The notes: generated from the letters alone by a model not told the origin. Positions 20,466 to 30,644 are shown, counted from the first letter of the stretch. The stretch is 64,000 nt of DNA from Thermoproteota archaeon (GCA_024720975.1 JANJXX010000001.1:345839-409838), one strand, 5' to 3'. Numbers and translations are program-made.

Positions 20466-21203
20466 CTATAACTGCATGTAGTCTTCGATATAATCCAATA
20501 CTATCTCTTCTAATCTCCTGCGGTCCTCTTCAAATATTTCGAGGGATTCTACACGCCCTCCTACATGCTCAGAGGAGCCTACTAAGATCTTGCCGTCGGG
20601 TCCTCTAACAAAAATACCCTCACTATAGAAGTGGTTCACTTTTATCGGAGGAGTATGAGCAAAAGCAACAACTTCTCCCTTACTTATTTCAAGAGAAGAG
20701 GCAACTTCATACACTGACTCTAGATCAGTACATTCGTAGACGTACATTTCTTTAGCCCAGCGCAGAGGTTTTTTGTCAATGACTCTCACGAATAGTATGT
20801 TAAAAGCACTCAGTAGAGAGCTATCCTCAGTTTTCTTTATTCGTGATCCTAGGCTTCTTAGATTTAGTAACGCAAACCTTAGTAATTTTGCAGTATAGTC
20901 ATCGCGATTTTTTGCTATTTGGAACCACTTCGTCCCCATTGCAGAAACATATGTAGATAGCAATTGGTTATATGCTCTAAAAAGTCCTGAGAAAATGAGT
21001 TCATGCTTGCTCATTCGTGATTCTCGAATTTTATTCAGTGTTGAAGTCAAACGCTCCAGGATTTGCATGGCTTCATCCTTTTTAATTCCTGGGACTTTTC
21101 CCATCTTGGTTAATTCGTCAAGTTTTTCAAGCATTGCAATGGCCATAAGTATGCGAGCGTCAGTCTCTGTATTAAACTTTTTACCTTTCATTTCACCACC
21201 CAA
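20466..21203 (-). CDS. Predicted tRNA-binding protein with C-terminal EMAP/OB-like domain (COG2517-like)
   Basis: N-terminal TETDARILMA; C-terminal VAFAHTPP....FYSEGIF resembles the OB-fold motif P..F.G..SEGM. Confidence 0.6.
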   Translation of the reverse strand: MGGEMKGKKFNTETDARILMAIAMLEKLDELTKMGKVPGIKKDEAMQILERLTSTLNKIRESRMSKHELIFSGLFRAYNQLLSTYVSAMGTKWFQIAKNRDDYTAKLLRFALLNLRSLGSRIKKTEDSSLLSAFNILFVRVIDKKPLRWAKEMYVYECTDLESVYEVASSLEISKGEVVAFAHTPPIKVNHFYSEGIFVRGPDGKILVGSSEHVGGRVESLEIFEEDRRRLEEIVLDYIEDYMQL

Positions 21204-21322
21204 GTCTTCAGCACTTAAAGGCCTCGTTTAAACACCTGTTGCTTCTAAAAGGCAAATTCTAAAAAGCTATTTTATTTAATTCATGTTCTTTTAAACGAGT
21301 GAAGTAAAAAAGGCAGAAGCTT

Positions 21323-21940
21323 ATGCAAGATGCAGAGAAAGCTGTCGACTACTTCATAAAAATCTTAAGACTAGAACTAGGAGTAGAAATTAAAGAAACA
21401 GAGCAACCTACGAGTACCATCAGTCCAACAATTGCTGCTGAGATTCAAACCAGAGTGACAGGCCCTCCAAATACCTTGCCTGCCGCTGGCAGCCAAATAG
21501 CCACTGCTGAAGGTTTAGCCCAACAAACTGGATACCAAGAAATAATAACTCGCATGAACGAAGCTTTGCAAAATCTCAGGGCATCAATAATGTCCAGGAT
21601 TGAAGCACTTGAAAGGCGCATTTCCAACCTAGAAAAGGTTTTACAAACAAAATCAATCGAGCAACCTCTTATTGAAAGTAGAACAAACACAGACATTCTT
21701 TCAAAATCGATCACAACAAGTATTAGCGTTGATCAGATAGACTTATTAGTTCATGAAGCGCGGGAGGAGTTAGCCAGAAAGGAAACCTCACTAGAGCAAT
21801 TAATAAAAATTGAAGCCATCGAATGGCAATTAATCAAAGCACTGGAAAACAATGAGCGAGCAAGTGAGAAAATACCTAAGGATCTCTTGTCGGCTCTCAG
21901 ATTTGAGATAGCTCGGTTGAGAAAGAGCCTCCTGGAATAA
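21323..21940 (+). CDS. Hypothetical coiled-coil protein
   Basis: 205-aa ORF with heptad segment IMSRIEALERRISNLEKVL and S/T/P-rich linker. Confidence 0.65.
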   Translation: MQDAEKAVDYFIKILRLELGVEIKETEQPTSTISPTIAAEIQTRVTGPPNTLPAAGSQIATAEGLAQQTGYQEIITRMNEALQNLRASIMSRIEALERRISNLEKVLQTKSIEQPLIESRTNTDILSKSITTSISVDQIDLLVHEAREELARKETSLEQLIKIEAIEWQLIKALENNERASEKIPKDLLSALRFEIARLRKSLLE

Positions 21941-21956
21941 CACATTAAAACACACT

Positions 21957-23057
21957 CTATTGTTTATTTCCAACATCAACACTTTGCATTTTCAAGAGCA
22001 AATCTAGAGCATTCTCCTTGTGGTCGGAATCTACAATGAAGTAAATAAGTTTCTTTTTAAATGGATCGCCATATACGACAAGCGACCCCTCGGGAGCAAG
22101 CATCGTTGCTGGGAACCCTAAAAGATCCTCTTCACCATATACTGTTACTATGGTGGGATTTTCTTGAACAAAAGCTATTAGAGTAGCATACCAAGATTCC
22201 GTTGATATTCTGCCCGGCGGATTTATTACAGGAATCATTGGTGGAACATCAATAAGTTTCGTCTCTTCATTAATGCAGTAGAAAGTCGCGTAACTGACTC
22301 CTTTCCGCTGAATTTTAAAATCCACCAGGGCAACCGAGACCGGGTAGCCAAACCTCAACAAATTCACAAATGCTGCATCACCAATCGCTATTACCCCACT
22401 TTTCTTAAACAGCTGGTAGTCAGGTAGGTACTTTGGCGATGTTATAGCTGCACCTTTTGGCTCCCGAATTTTCTTGATAACTTCATTTGTAAGTCTAAGC
22501 TCTGGTGGTCTAGGCGGTGGGAAGAAATCATTTAGTCTGTATCTTGTCGATGATATTATTTCTCCATAAGGATCTCTAAGGAGGGGAATTCGAAGTATCT
22601 TTAACGGACTCAATCCATACTCTAATCTCAACTCGTTAAGTTTAAACGTTCTTTCTGTTACAGCAGGCTCGTTTGAAATCACTATTGAGTCAATATCCAC
22701 AGCAAATTCTGAAGTAGTTGCAGGAGAGTACGGATCCTCGAGTTTATACATGTATGTTGCATTAGACTTACCTAAGCTAGAAATGAATTCCTCAACTCTT
22801 TTCTTCCTCAAATCATAGGGTTCTATTAACTCCGCCGCAATTTTTCTTAGGCTTTTAGCATATTGGTCTGAGGTGACACAAACAAGAACTCTCTTAGAAA
22901 AGATTAAAGCGACATTAATTAAGGTTTTGTGGCCAATGTGCAGGCGATCAAATGTACCTCCTATTGTACAGAAATTGAAGTTTACATTCCCAATTTGTAA
23001 TTTATTCGGCGTTGGTAATCTTTTAATAAACCTCTGAAGTTGCGGTATGTTCCACAA
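21957..23057 (-). CDS. coaD: Fusion of phosphopantetheine adenylyltransferase and GTP-dependent dephospho-CoA kinase (DUF359)
   Basis: GGTFDRLHIGH...ISSTRYR N-domain; IGD, VINPPGRI, GEEDL, VVYG C-domain. Confidence 0.88.
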   Translation of the reverse strand: MWNIPQLQRFIKRLPTPNKLQIGNVNFNFCTIGGTFDRLHIGHKTLINVALIFSKRVLVCVTSDQYAKSLRKIAAELIEPYDLRKKRVEEFISSLGKSNATYMYKLEDPYSPATTSEFAVDIDSIVISNEPAVTERTFKLNELRLEYGLSPLKILRIPLLRDPYGEIISSTRYRLNDFFPPPRPPELRLTNEVIKKIREPKGAAITSPKYLPDYQLFKKSGVIAIGDAAFVNLLRFGYPVSVALVDFKIQRKGVSYATFYCINEETKLIDVPPMIPVINPPGRISTESWYATLIAFVQENPTIVTVYGEEDLLGFPATMLAPEGSLVVYGDPFKKKLIYFIVDSDHKENALDLLLKMQSVDVGNKQ

Positions 23058-23167
23058 ATCGAATCCCAGTTAGATTTGCGGGCTCTATAAGGATTCCATA
23101 AAATTCAAGAAACTTAACTTCTGAAATACATTTAGCTTCAAAGCGATATTCACCTCGTCCTCTAAGG

Positions 23168-25297
23168 TCAAAGCTTTATCTGGATCCCGCATCTATTTTT
23201 TGCAGCAATGCCACGCTTAAATTCTAACACTTCCTTTGCACCTATAACAGCCCGTCCTAATGCAATCAAATCTCTATTTTCATTGAGTACGAGAACTTCA
23301 TCAGAAGCTCTGATTTGCGGATCCACATCAACGACAAACTTCGAGAATATACTCTTCCCATCTCTAACAAAGGGCTCTGCTTCATCTTTTAGAATTATAC
23401 TGTATTGGAGCTTGTCTTTGAATTTCTCCCATAGTCTATAGGCGAGAAGTGGTTGCGGAACGATTTTGAAGCTTTCAGCAACTAGGGAGGCCATAAGCCA
23501 CGTTCTACCTCTATTAACAAAAAGTTCTTGATATGGATCTTCGGGTACTTCCTCACCTTTCTTGATTTTATCCTTAACGATTTCCTCTAACTCCCATTGA
23601 ATTATTCTCTCTTCACGCTCCCTAACGTCTGTGGCATAGATCTTTCGGAGCACTCCAGTCGTACGGGAGTACTCGAACTTTACTCCTTCAACGACACTAT
23701 CTGCTTCTTGTCCAAATTGAAACTTAAGCATTGCCTTAGTGACGTAGAGTCTAACTTTTTCGATGGGTATTACTCCTACGTCTTGACCTGTGTATATTTC
23801 TCCAAATCCCAGATAATCTCGAAGTTTCAAGGCATACTCTTTGTTTTCATCGTAAATGTATACCTCCTTGAACTTGCTTAATAGGTATGTTTCTATGGTA
23901 TCCTTAGTCCATCTCAATGCATCCTCGGATATTGCCGTGCGGTAGGATATATGTTGGAAGAGAGGGTATACCATTCTAATTTCTCGAGGAATGAGACAGA
24001 AAATATCGTCTAGTATCATTACCTGCGCATCAAGATACGTGGGTAATTTATGAGCACCCCTGGGCGTTGTAACTATAAGTTTGTCACTCCAGATGAAGAT
24101 ACGCTCTTTCATGCGACTTTTATACCTCAGCACTGCTGGCAGGTTTATCTCTTCAGGTCTCGTTATGAGAATTCCCCTCCTTTTAAATGTTGGTTCGTAC
24201 AACTCAAAGAATTTGTAGATAGCATCTTTTCCACTTAGTAAGAGATTATATGCACGAGCTAGCTCTGGATGCGAAGACGCTCTTTGTGCAACAAGTTCCC
24301 AAAGCGTTCCCTCCCATATTGACTGTTTTATTCTCTTCAGCTCAGCCATAATTACATACAAGTTATGCATAGCTAAGTGATGCTGCCGCTCAATAGGAAC
24401 CATTTCTAAGAGTTCCTTTGGTGAGTACTTGGTACAAACTGGACAGCTACATGGAAAATATTCCATGCGTTTAATGTTGTAAGTTCCATGCGTAGTCAAA
24501 TAGCGACCGTCTTTCGCGGCCAGAGCATAGAGTGCACTATCAAAAGTATCGAATCCTAATAGAACAAAGAAACTAAAGGTCATGGGATGGCCAACACCAA
24601 ATAGGTGAAGTGGATAATTTGATGGAAAATTCTGTTTAACGAACAAAGCCGATCTTACGAGCTGATATATCTGGTATTCCTCTACATAGGGTACCAAACT
24701 TCCTAGCGCATACATTTTGAATGGAAATTTAAGCATTTCTCGAGCGGAGTACTCCAATAAGGTTTCTATGGGATTGCCGTGCAGAGGACCTACCCAAATA
24801 ATCTCACTCTCCTCGTTAATAAAACCACTTTTGCATGCTTCCTGAGCTCGTCTTATAGTTTCATCAATAGCTTTCTTTCTGGTTTCTAGATCGCCAGTAT
24901 ATAATGGAACATCGAGAATTACGCCAATGTCCACTCCTATGTCATTTTGAAACTTAACAATCTCTACGTTCGAAACTTCAACGTCACCATAAACAGAAAG
25001 CTGATACGCACCAGAGTCAGTCATAATGGGTCCTTGCCAGTTTCCGAACAACTTATGAATTCCGTTCTCGAGGGCCAATGTATGAAGCTTTTCATCGCGC
25101 CAGATTGTGTAAGCATTAGTTATGAATGCATTATAACCGAGAGTTCTAAGGTCCTCAGGAGATATTACAGGCACGTGTATATTAACTACAGGAAAGAAGT
25201 AAGGCGTGTTTATTATGCCATGTTTGGTAAATATTTTTCCAATCCTTGCAGCAGCGTCTTTTTCTACTATCTCAAATACATGCTTCAATATAATCAC
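23168..25297 (-). CDS. tgtA: Archaeosine tRNA-guanine(15) transglycosylase
   Basis: MTDSGAYQL, HLFGVGHP, DTFDSA, CSCPVC...H Zn site, C-terminal PUA domain. Confidence 0.95.
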   Translation of the reverse strand: MIILKHVFEIVEKDAAARIGKIFTKHGIINTPYFFPVVNIHVPVISPEDLRTLGYNAFITNAYTIWRDEKLHTLALENGIHKLFGNWQGPIMTDSGAYQLSVYGDVEVSNVEIVKFQNDIGVDIGVILDVPLYTGDLETRKKAIDETIRRAQEACKSGFINEESEIIWVGPLHGNPIETLLEYSAREMLKFPFKMYALGSLVPYVEEYQIYQLVRSALFVKQNFPSNYPLHLFGVGHPMTFSFFVLLGFDTFDSALYALAAKDGRYLTTHGTYNIKRMEYFPCSCPVCTKYSPKELLEMVPIERQHHLAMHNLYVIMAELKRIKQSIWEGTLWELVAQRASSHPELARAYNLLLSGKDAIYKFFELYEPTFKRRGILITRPEEINLPAVLRYKSRMKERIFIWSDKLIVTTPRGAHKLPTYLDAQVMILDDIFCLIPREIRMVYPLFQHISYRTAISEDALRWTKDTIETYLLSKFKEVYIYDENKEYALKLRDYLGFGEIYTGQDVGVIPIEKVRLYVTKAMLKFQFGQEADSVVEGVKFEYSRTTGVLRKIYATDVREREERIIQWELEEIVKDKIKKGEEVPEDPYQELFVNRGRTWLMASLVAESFKIVPQPLLAYRLWEKFKDKLQYSIILKDEAEPFVRDGKSIFSKFVVDVDPQIRASDEVLVLNENRDLIALGRAVIGAKEVLEFKRGIAAKNRCGIQIKL

Positions 25298-25373
25298 GAC
25301 CTAAGCGATTTTCATCATAACCTTTAAATGATTCAAGAGATATAATAGTGAGTTTCGAGATGCGTGATTATTA

Positions 25374-25637
25374 ATGCGAACTGCATCAGCTTTATTTATT
25401 GTAACATTGATAGCATCGTTGATCATACTGCTTCTTATAGTTATGCATATCCTTCCTATGGGATTCTTCCTTATCGTACTCCTACCCTCTATAGGAGTAA
25501 TCAAAAACACCAAGGGTTTAAGAACGCTACACCATTTTAAGGAGCATCCGAGTAAAGTGTTGTTCTGTCCGAATTGCGGGTTCCCGCTAGGAGGGTATGA
25601 GAATTTCTGTCCGAGATGTGGATTTAGAATTCGGTAA
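25374..25637 (+). CDS. Small membrane protein with C-terminal zinc ribbon
   Basis: Two hydrophobic helices followed by CPNCG...FCPRCG. Confidence 0.7.
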   Translation: MRTASALFIVTLIASLIILLLIVMHILPMGFFLIVLLPSIGVIKNTKGLRTLHHFKEHPSKVLFCPNCGFPLGGYENFCPRCGFRIR

Positions 25638-25652
25638 AGAGCCGGTGTAATT

Positions 25653-27254
25653 ATGGATGATCCAATTAGCGAACTCAGAAGACTTGCAGACAGGTTGCAG
25701 AATCTGTTGAAAAGCAAAAATATTGAGCCCCGAGCTTATCAATTTTGGATAGTCAATGCCATATGTAAGGCTAAGATTGAGGGAAAAAACGTAATACTAG
25801 AACTCGATGCCGGTATGGGAAAACGGATAATAATGTACATGATTACTCAACTTTTTGATAATGAAAGAATACTGATAATAAGCCCTTCTCGTGCGTCGAT
25901 CTGGGATATGGCTATAAAATTCCGAGAGCTTTCAGGCAGTGATGAATGGTTTGGCGTCTTAACTGGCGGAACGCCGAAATGGTTGAAGAGAGGACTTTTA
26001 TTGAATAGACGTGTAATTCTTGCAACTCCGATATCACTTGCAGGAGCGCTAAGGCACCAAGAAGTCGTTCCCAAGTTTGATATAATCATTATAAACGAAG
26101 CCGACAAAGTGATTCGACGTGTTGCTAGGACAAAGTGCACGGGAGTATCCTTTACTCACAAAATTAGATTCTTTGAAGACCTTATTGGAGAGAAAAATAA
26201 ATTTGAAGAAGCACCAGATGTTTCATTAGCATACCCTTGGAATATCCTAAAAAGAATTCTACCGAAAGACGCGTGCTGGATTGGAATGAGTGGTACGCTG
26301 AGAGATGAACATTATACCATAGATAGTGAAGGGAGGGTTGTTGTTAGGAAAGAGATCGACACACTAGCAAATGAACTTTTCCCAAGCAAGGAACTTGTGA
26401 TATTAACAATGGATTCCCTCCTCGAGAGGACCGACTTAGGTGAATATATTATCAGGAACCTAACGATAATCAGGCCCGTGGGTGTCGAAGATCCTAATGT
26501 AGAGATCATATCGAGTGAAATCTCTGCCGAAATCGAAAGAGTGGTAGATAAAATACTCGAGCGCAACCGTGAATTGTATCCGGCCGAGGAGACCCAATTC
26601 CGGACGCGGGAGAAAGTTATGGACACAATTGCAACCCTACCAAATACCGATCCATTAAAAGTAAAGTTTCTCAAGTTGGCCTTAGCTCGAAGACACCTAT
26701 TTGCTGGAACGCCGTCAAGTTACTTTAAATTCTTAGCGCGACCTATGATCAAAAAGTTAATCAAGGAGCACAGGCAAGTGGATTTAGAGGATATACTACC
26801 TCGTGAATCGAAAAAAATGCAAGCAATAATCGAAATTATGAGAAGCTGGTGGGAGCATAGGGAGAGTAGTATTGTAATATTAGCGTCATTTGTACGAACC
26901 GCACTTGATATTATCAAGCGCCTAAGGAATGAAGGCGTTAATAATGTGTTGCTACTAACGGGGAAAGTGAAAAACAAAAAGCTAGTACTCGAAAAATTCA
27001 AAAGTATGAAACAATCTGTTCTAGTGCTAACACCCGTAGCTGAAAGGGATTTAGATCTTCCCGAAGCTGGCCTAGTTATAGTTCACGACGTTGTATCCAC
27101 TGCGAAGAGTATGTATCAACGCATCAAGCGCTCCAGACGTGGCTTGGTTATTATCTTGTACTACAAAAACACCCATGAAGAAAAGAAAGTTAAGGTATTG
27201 CTTACAAGGATTATAAAAAGATATCCCTGGAGTGTAAGGATTCTTAGCAGGTAA
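25653..27254 (+). CDS. SF2 (Hef/FANCM-like) helicase-fold protein with degenerate ATPase motifs
   Basis: PRAYQ Q-motif, DAGMGKR, ATP, IINEAD, GMSGT, VAERDLDLP, YQRIKRSRR. Confidence 0.75.
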   Translation: MDDPISELRRLADRLQNLLKSKNIEPRAYQFWIVNAICKAKIEGKNVILELDAGMGKRIIMYMITQLFDNERILIISPSRASIWDMAIKFRELSGSDEWFGVLTGGTPKWLKRGLLLNRRVILATPISLAGALRHQEVVPKFDIIIINEADKVIRRVARTKCTGVSFTHKIRFFEDLIGEKNKFEEAPDVSLAYPWNILKRILPKDACWIGMSGTLRDEHYTIDSEGRVVVRKEIDTLANELFPSKELVILTMDSLLERTDLGEYIIRNLTIIRPVGVEDPNVEIISSEISAEIERVVDKILERNRELYPAEETQFRTREKVMDTIATLPNTDPLKVKFLKLALARRHLFAGTPSSYFKFLARPMIKKLIKEHRQVDLEDILPRESKKMQAIIEIMRSWWEHRESSIVILASFVRTALDIIKRLRNEGVNNVLLLTGKVKNKKLVLEKFKSMKQSVLVLTPVAERDLDLPEAGLVIVHDVVSTAKSMYQRIKRSRRGLVIILYYKNTHEEKKVKVLLTRIIKRYPWSVRILSR

Positions 27255-27260
27255 GTTAGG

Positions 27261-28241
27261 TTGAGGTACATACTAGGGATAGAATCAACATCACATACCT
27301 TTGGAATAGGTCTAGTTGGACTTGACACCGGTGAAATCATTGATATATCAAGCACGTATACTCCTAAAGTAGGCGGAATACATCCTAGAGAAGCAGTTGA
27401 ACATCACACAAAAGTCGCTCCACAACTACTTCAGAAAGCAATGGAGTACCTAAAACGAAGAGGAGGAAGGTTAGTAGCAATTGGTTTTTCAAGGGGACCT
27501 GGACTTGGTCCATGTCTACGTTTAGGAGCTACTTTAGCAAGAGCTCTCGCAGCACAGCTCTCTCTTAAGCTGTATGGTATACATCATGCGATAGCACATA
27601 TTGAAATTGCGAAAAAAATAACGAATTCAAATGATCCACTCGTTGTTCTAGTATCAGGAGGACATACAACCATAGCGTCTAAGGAAGGAAGTAGATACAG
27701 AGTTTGGGGTGAGACTCTAGACATATCCCTCGGAAATCTGATAGATATGTTCATGAGAGCTGCTGGATATCCATCACCCGCCGGACCCCTGTGCGAGAAA
27801 TTTGCGGCGGAGACGCAGGAGTACGTCGAGATTCCATATGTTGTAAAAGGAACTGACCTTTCCTTCTCGGGAATGCTATCAGCATTGAAAGCGAAATTAA
27901 ATGAGGGTCTTGATGTAAGGATCCTCTGTAAAAGTCTTCAGGAAACCGCCTTTGCCATGTTGTGCGAGGTCGTCGAACGCGCGCTAGCTCACTCAGAAAA
28001 AGCTGAAATACTCCTATGCGGTGGGGTAGCAAATAACAAGAGGCTCCAAGAAATGCTCAGCTTAGTAGCAAAAGAGTGGAATGCAAAATTTGCAGTCTCG
28101 CCGCGCTGGAATAGTGACAATGGGTGTATGATTGCCTACACTACTATGTTGTATTACTTAAATGGTGCCAAGCCGTTAGAAATAGAAGAAAGCTACGTTC
28201 TACCACTCTGGCGAATGGACAGTGTAGATTTGCCCTACTAG
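27261..28241 (+). CDS. kae1: KEOPS subunit Kae1 (t6A synthase)
   Basis: LGIESTSHT, GPGLGPCL, HHAIAH, VSGGHT, GETLD, DNGCMIA. Confidence 0.96.
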   Translation: MRYILGIESTSHTFGIGLVGLDTGEIIDISSTYTPKVGGIHPREAVEHHTKVAPQLLQKAMEYLKRRGGRLVAIGFSRGPGLGPCLRLGATLARALAAQLSLKLYGIHHAIAHIEIAKKITNSNDPLVVLVSGGHTTIASKEGSRYRVWGETLDISLGNLIDMFMRAAGYPSPAGPLCEKFAAETQEYVEIPYVVKGTDLSFSGMLSALKAKLNEGLDVRILCKSLQETAFAMLCEVVERALAHSEKAEILLCGGVANNKRLQEMLSLVAKEWNAKFAVSPRWNSDNGCMIAYTTMLYYLNGAKPLEIEESYVLPLWRMDSVDLPY

Positions 28242-28371
28242 AGTTATACAGAGCTCGTTTAGGCTTGTTTAATGACAATTTATGCCTCACTTTTACTATC
28301 ATACGACTGTTTTAATAATCCCGAATAGTGAGTATTCATCTCGAAAGTTCATGATATGGTGTTTTTGACAT

Positions 28372-28575
28372 ATGCCGAAGGAGATAACTGATGTAAGCAA
28401 GATTGACGATATCCTCAAACAGACCTCGGAGATTAGAATTAAACGCCGCGAGGATTCTGTGAAGGTCAAGTTTAGAACTAAGAGGTACTTATACACAATA
28501 AAGCTTTCACCAAAAGAATTCGAAGCCATTTATCCTAAGCTACGTGAATTAGGAATAAAGATCGTCGAATTTTAA
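28372..28575 (+). CDS. rpl38e: Ribosomal protein eL38
   Basis: MPKEITD...KVKFRTKRYLYT. Confidence 0.9.
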   Translation: MPKEITDVSKIDDILKQTSEIRIKRREDSVKVKFRTKRYLYTIKLSPKEFEAIYPKLRELGIKIVEF

Positions 28576-28607
28576 ATCCTGCCATAATTAGCGGAGGTAA
28601 TCTGCCT

Positions 28608-29858
28608 ATGACAAAGCATAAAATAAAAAGCATTGACCTGGCTGAGGATGGACAAAAGCGTATATTGTGGGCACAGAGCTTAATGCCAACATTAAAGCTT
28701 ATAGGAGAGGATTTTTCTAAAACAAAACCTTTGAAGGGATTGAAAATAGGGGCATGTCTACATGTAACAAAAGAAACCGCAAACTTAATGATAGCTCTCA
28801 AAAACGCTGGTGCAGAAGTTTTCTTATGCGGGTCAAATCCACTCTCGACACAAGATGACGTAGCTGCAGCCCTTGTAAAGTACCACGAAGTTAGCGTATT
28901 CGCATGGCGCGGTGAGACTGAAGATGAATACAAAGAGATGTTAAGAAGAGTAATTGAAAGCGAACCGAATATAGTCATAGATGATGGCGGAGATTTAATC
29001 GTTATGCTTCACGAGGAATATAAAGACTTAGCTAAGGATATTCTGGGAGGTGCTGAGGAGACAACTACAGGGGTTTTAAGGGAAAAATCTTTGGAGCGTG
29101 ATAGGAGACTTTTGTTCCCAGTTATTGCCACCAATGATGCCACCATAAAGAGACTGGTAGATAACAAATTTGGCACTGGACAATCCACAATTGATGGTAT
29201 ATTGCGAGCTACATCTATTCTCCTAGCTGGAAAAACTGCTGTCGTCGCTGGATACGGTTACGTAGGGCGAGGAATAGCCCAGAGATTAAGGGGTCTAGGA
29301 GCTAGAGTTATTATAACTGAAGTTGATCCTATAAAGGCCCTAGAGGCACACTATGATGGCTTTCAAGTCATGCCAATGGATGAGGCAGCTGAACTCGGTG
29401 ATATATTCATAACAGCAACAGGGAATATTGATATAATACGCAAAGAGCACCTGTTAAAGATGAAGAACGGAGCAATACTATGCAATGCTGGCCACTTCGA
29501 CGTCGAGATAAATCTTAAAGACTTAAGAGAGATCTCCACTGGAACAGAAAAAATCAATTACTGCGTAGAAAAGTATAGTTTAGAGAATGGACGGTATGTT
29601 TACTTACTGGGATGCGGAAGACTTGTCAATCTTGTCTGCGGCGAGGGGCATCCTCCTGAAGTCATGGACATAAGTTTCTCACTACAAGCGCTAGTAGCGA
29701 GGTATATTGCAAATAATTACGACAAACTTGAGAAAAGAATATACCAGGTCCCATATGAGATTGAGGAAGAAGTTGCTATGTATAAATTAAAAGCCTTAGG
29801 AATAAAGCTTGATGAATTAACACCCAGGCAGAGGGAATACTTAAAGAGCTGGAAGTAA
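28608..29858 (+). CDS. ahcY: S-adenosylhomocysteine hydrolase
   Basis: ACLHVTKET, SNPLSTQD, EETTTG, GYGYVG, NAGHFD, GEGHP. Confidence 0.97.
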   Translation: MTKHKIKSIDLAEDGQKRILWAQSLMPTLKLIGEDFSKTKPLKGLKIGACLHVTKETANLMIALKNAGAEVFLCGSNPLSTQDDVAAALVKYHEVSVFAWRGETEDEYKEMLRRVIESEPNIVIDDGGDLIVMLHEEYKDLAKDILGGAEETTTGVLREKSLERDRRLLFPVIATNDATIKRLVDNKFGTGQSTIDGILRATSILLAGKTAVVAGYGYVGRGIAQRLRGLGARVIITEVDPIKALEAHYDGFQVMPMDEAAELGDIFITATGNIDIIRKEHLLKMKNGAILCNAGHFDVEINLKDLREISTGTEKINYCVEKYSLENGRYVYLLGCGRLVNLVCGEGHPPEVMDISFSLQALVARYIANNYDKLEKRIYQVPYEIEEEVAMYKLKALGIKLDELTPRQREYLKSWK

Positions 29859-29916
29859 GTTTTTAAATGAAAAAACGTAAAGGATTAGGAAGAGAACTGA
29901 ATGATGGTGATGCTAA

Positions 29917-30291
29917 ATGTCATACGTAGACTGGCAGGCACCTGAACCCCTAATGGAGGAAGCTACCGAATTTGTTAGAAAGGCTAGAGAGGCAGGGGGA
30001 CTCATCAAAAAGGGAATTAATGAGACTACTAAAGCCATCGAGAGAGAACAAGCTAAACTTGTCCTGATAGCATCTGATGTTAATCCTCCTGAGATAGTAA
30101 TGCACTTACCACCACTGTGCAAAGAGAAGAACATTCCATACATTTTCGTTAAATCAAAAGAGGCGCTAGGAGCAGCTGCTGGTATCAAACGCCCAGCGAG
30201 TAGTGTAGCCATTGTCGATCCGGGGAAATTAGCCAGGGAACTTGAATCTCTAATACGAAAGATAAATGAAGCCCGATTAGGAAAACGCTAG
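29917..30291 (+). CDS. rpl7ae: Ribosomal protein eL8/L7Ae (K-turn binding)
   Basis: [31 protein letters not shown]. Confidence 0.97.
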   Translation: MSYVDWQAPEPLMEEATEFVRKAREAGGLIKKGINETTKAIEREQAKLVLIASDVNPPEIVMHLPPLCKEKNIPYIFVKSKEALGAAAGIKRPASSVAIVDPGKLARELESLIRKINEARLGKR

Positions 30292-30301
30292 GTGCTCTCA
30301 C

Positions 30302-30604
30302 TTGTCTTCAATTGAAGAGAGGAAGCGAATAGAAGAAGCCGAAGCTTTGCTAGAAAGCCGCAGTCCGGAAGAAATGGAAAACATAGTAAAGACCATAGGA
30401 ATGCCTTGCATTGTTGAGTGGATAGACCCCGATCGCTACGGACGCGCAGGCGAAATTATACGAGTCCGATGCCGACTTATGGCAGGTAAGGACAAGGGAA
30501 GAATTATAACTCGAAATGTTAAAGGACCTGTACGCGTAGGAGATATACTAATGTTACGTGAATGGGAAAGAGAAGTCCCAAAGGTAAAAGCGCGCTCCCG
30601 CTAG
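30302..30604 (+). CDS. rps28e: Ribosomal protein eS28 with N-terminal extension
   Basis: GRIITRNVKGPVRVGDILML.E.ERE; L7Ae-S28e-L24e synteny. Confidence 0.93.
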   Translation: MSSIEERKRIEEAEALLESRSPEEMENIVKTIGMPCIVEWIDPDRYGRAGEIIRVRCRLMAGKDKGRIITRNVKGPVRVGDILMLREWEREVPKVKARSR

Positions 30605-30644
30605 CGGAGGATCTACTATCTATCAGTAAGCAGTAGATACTTGG

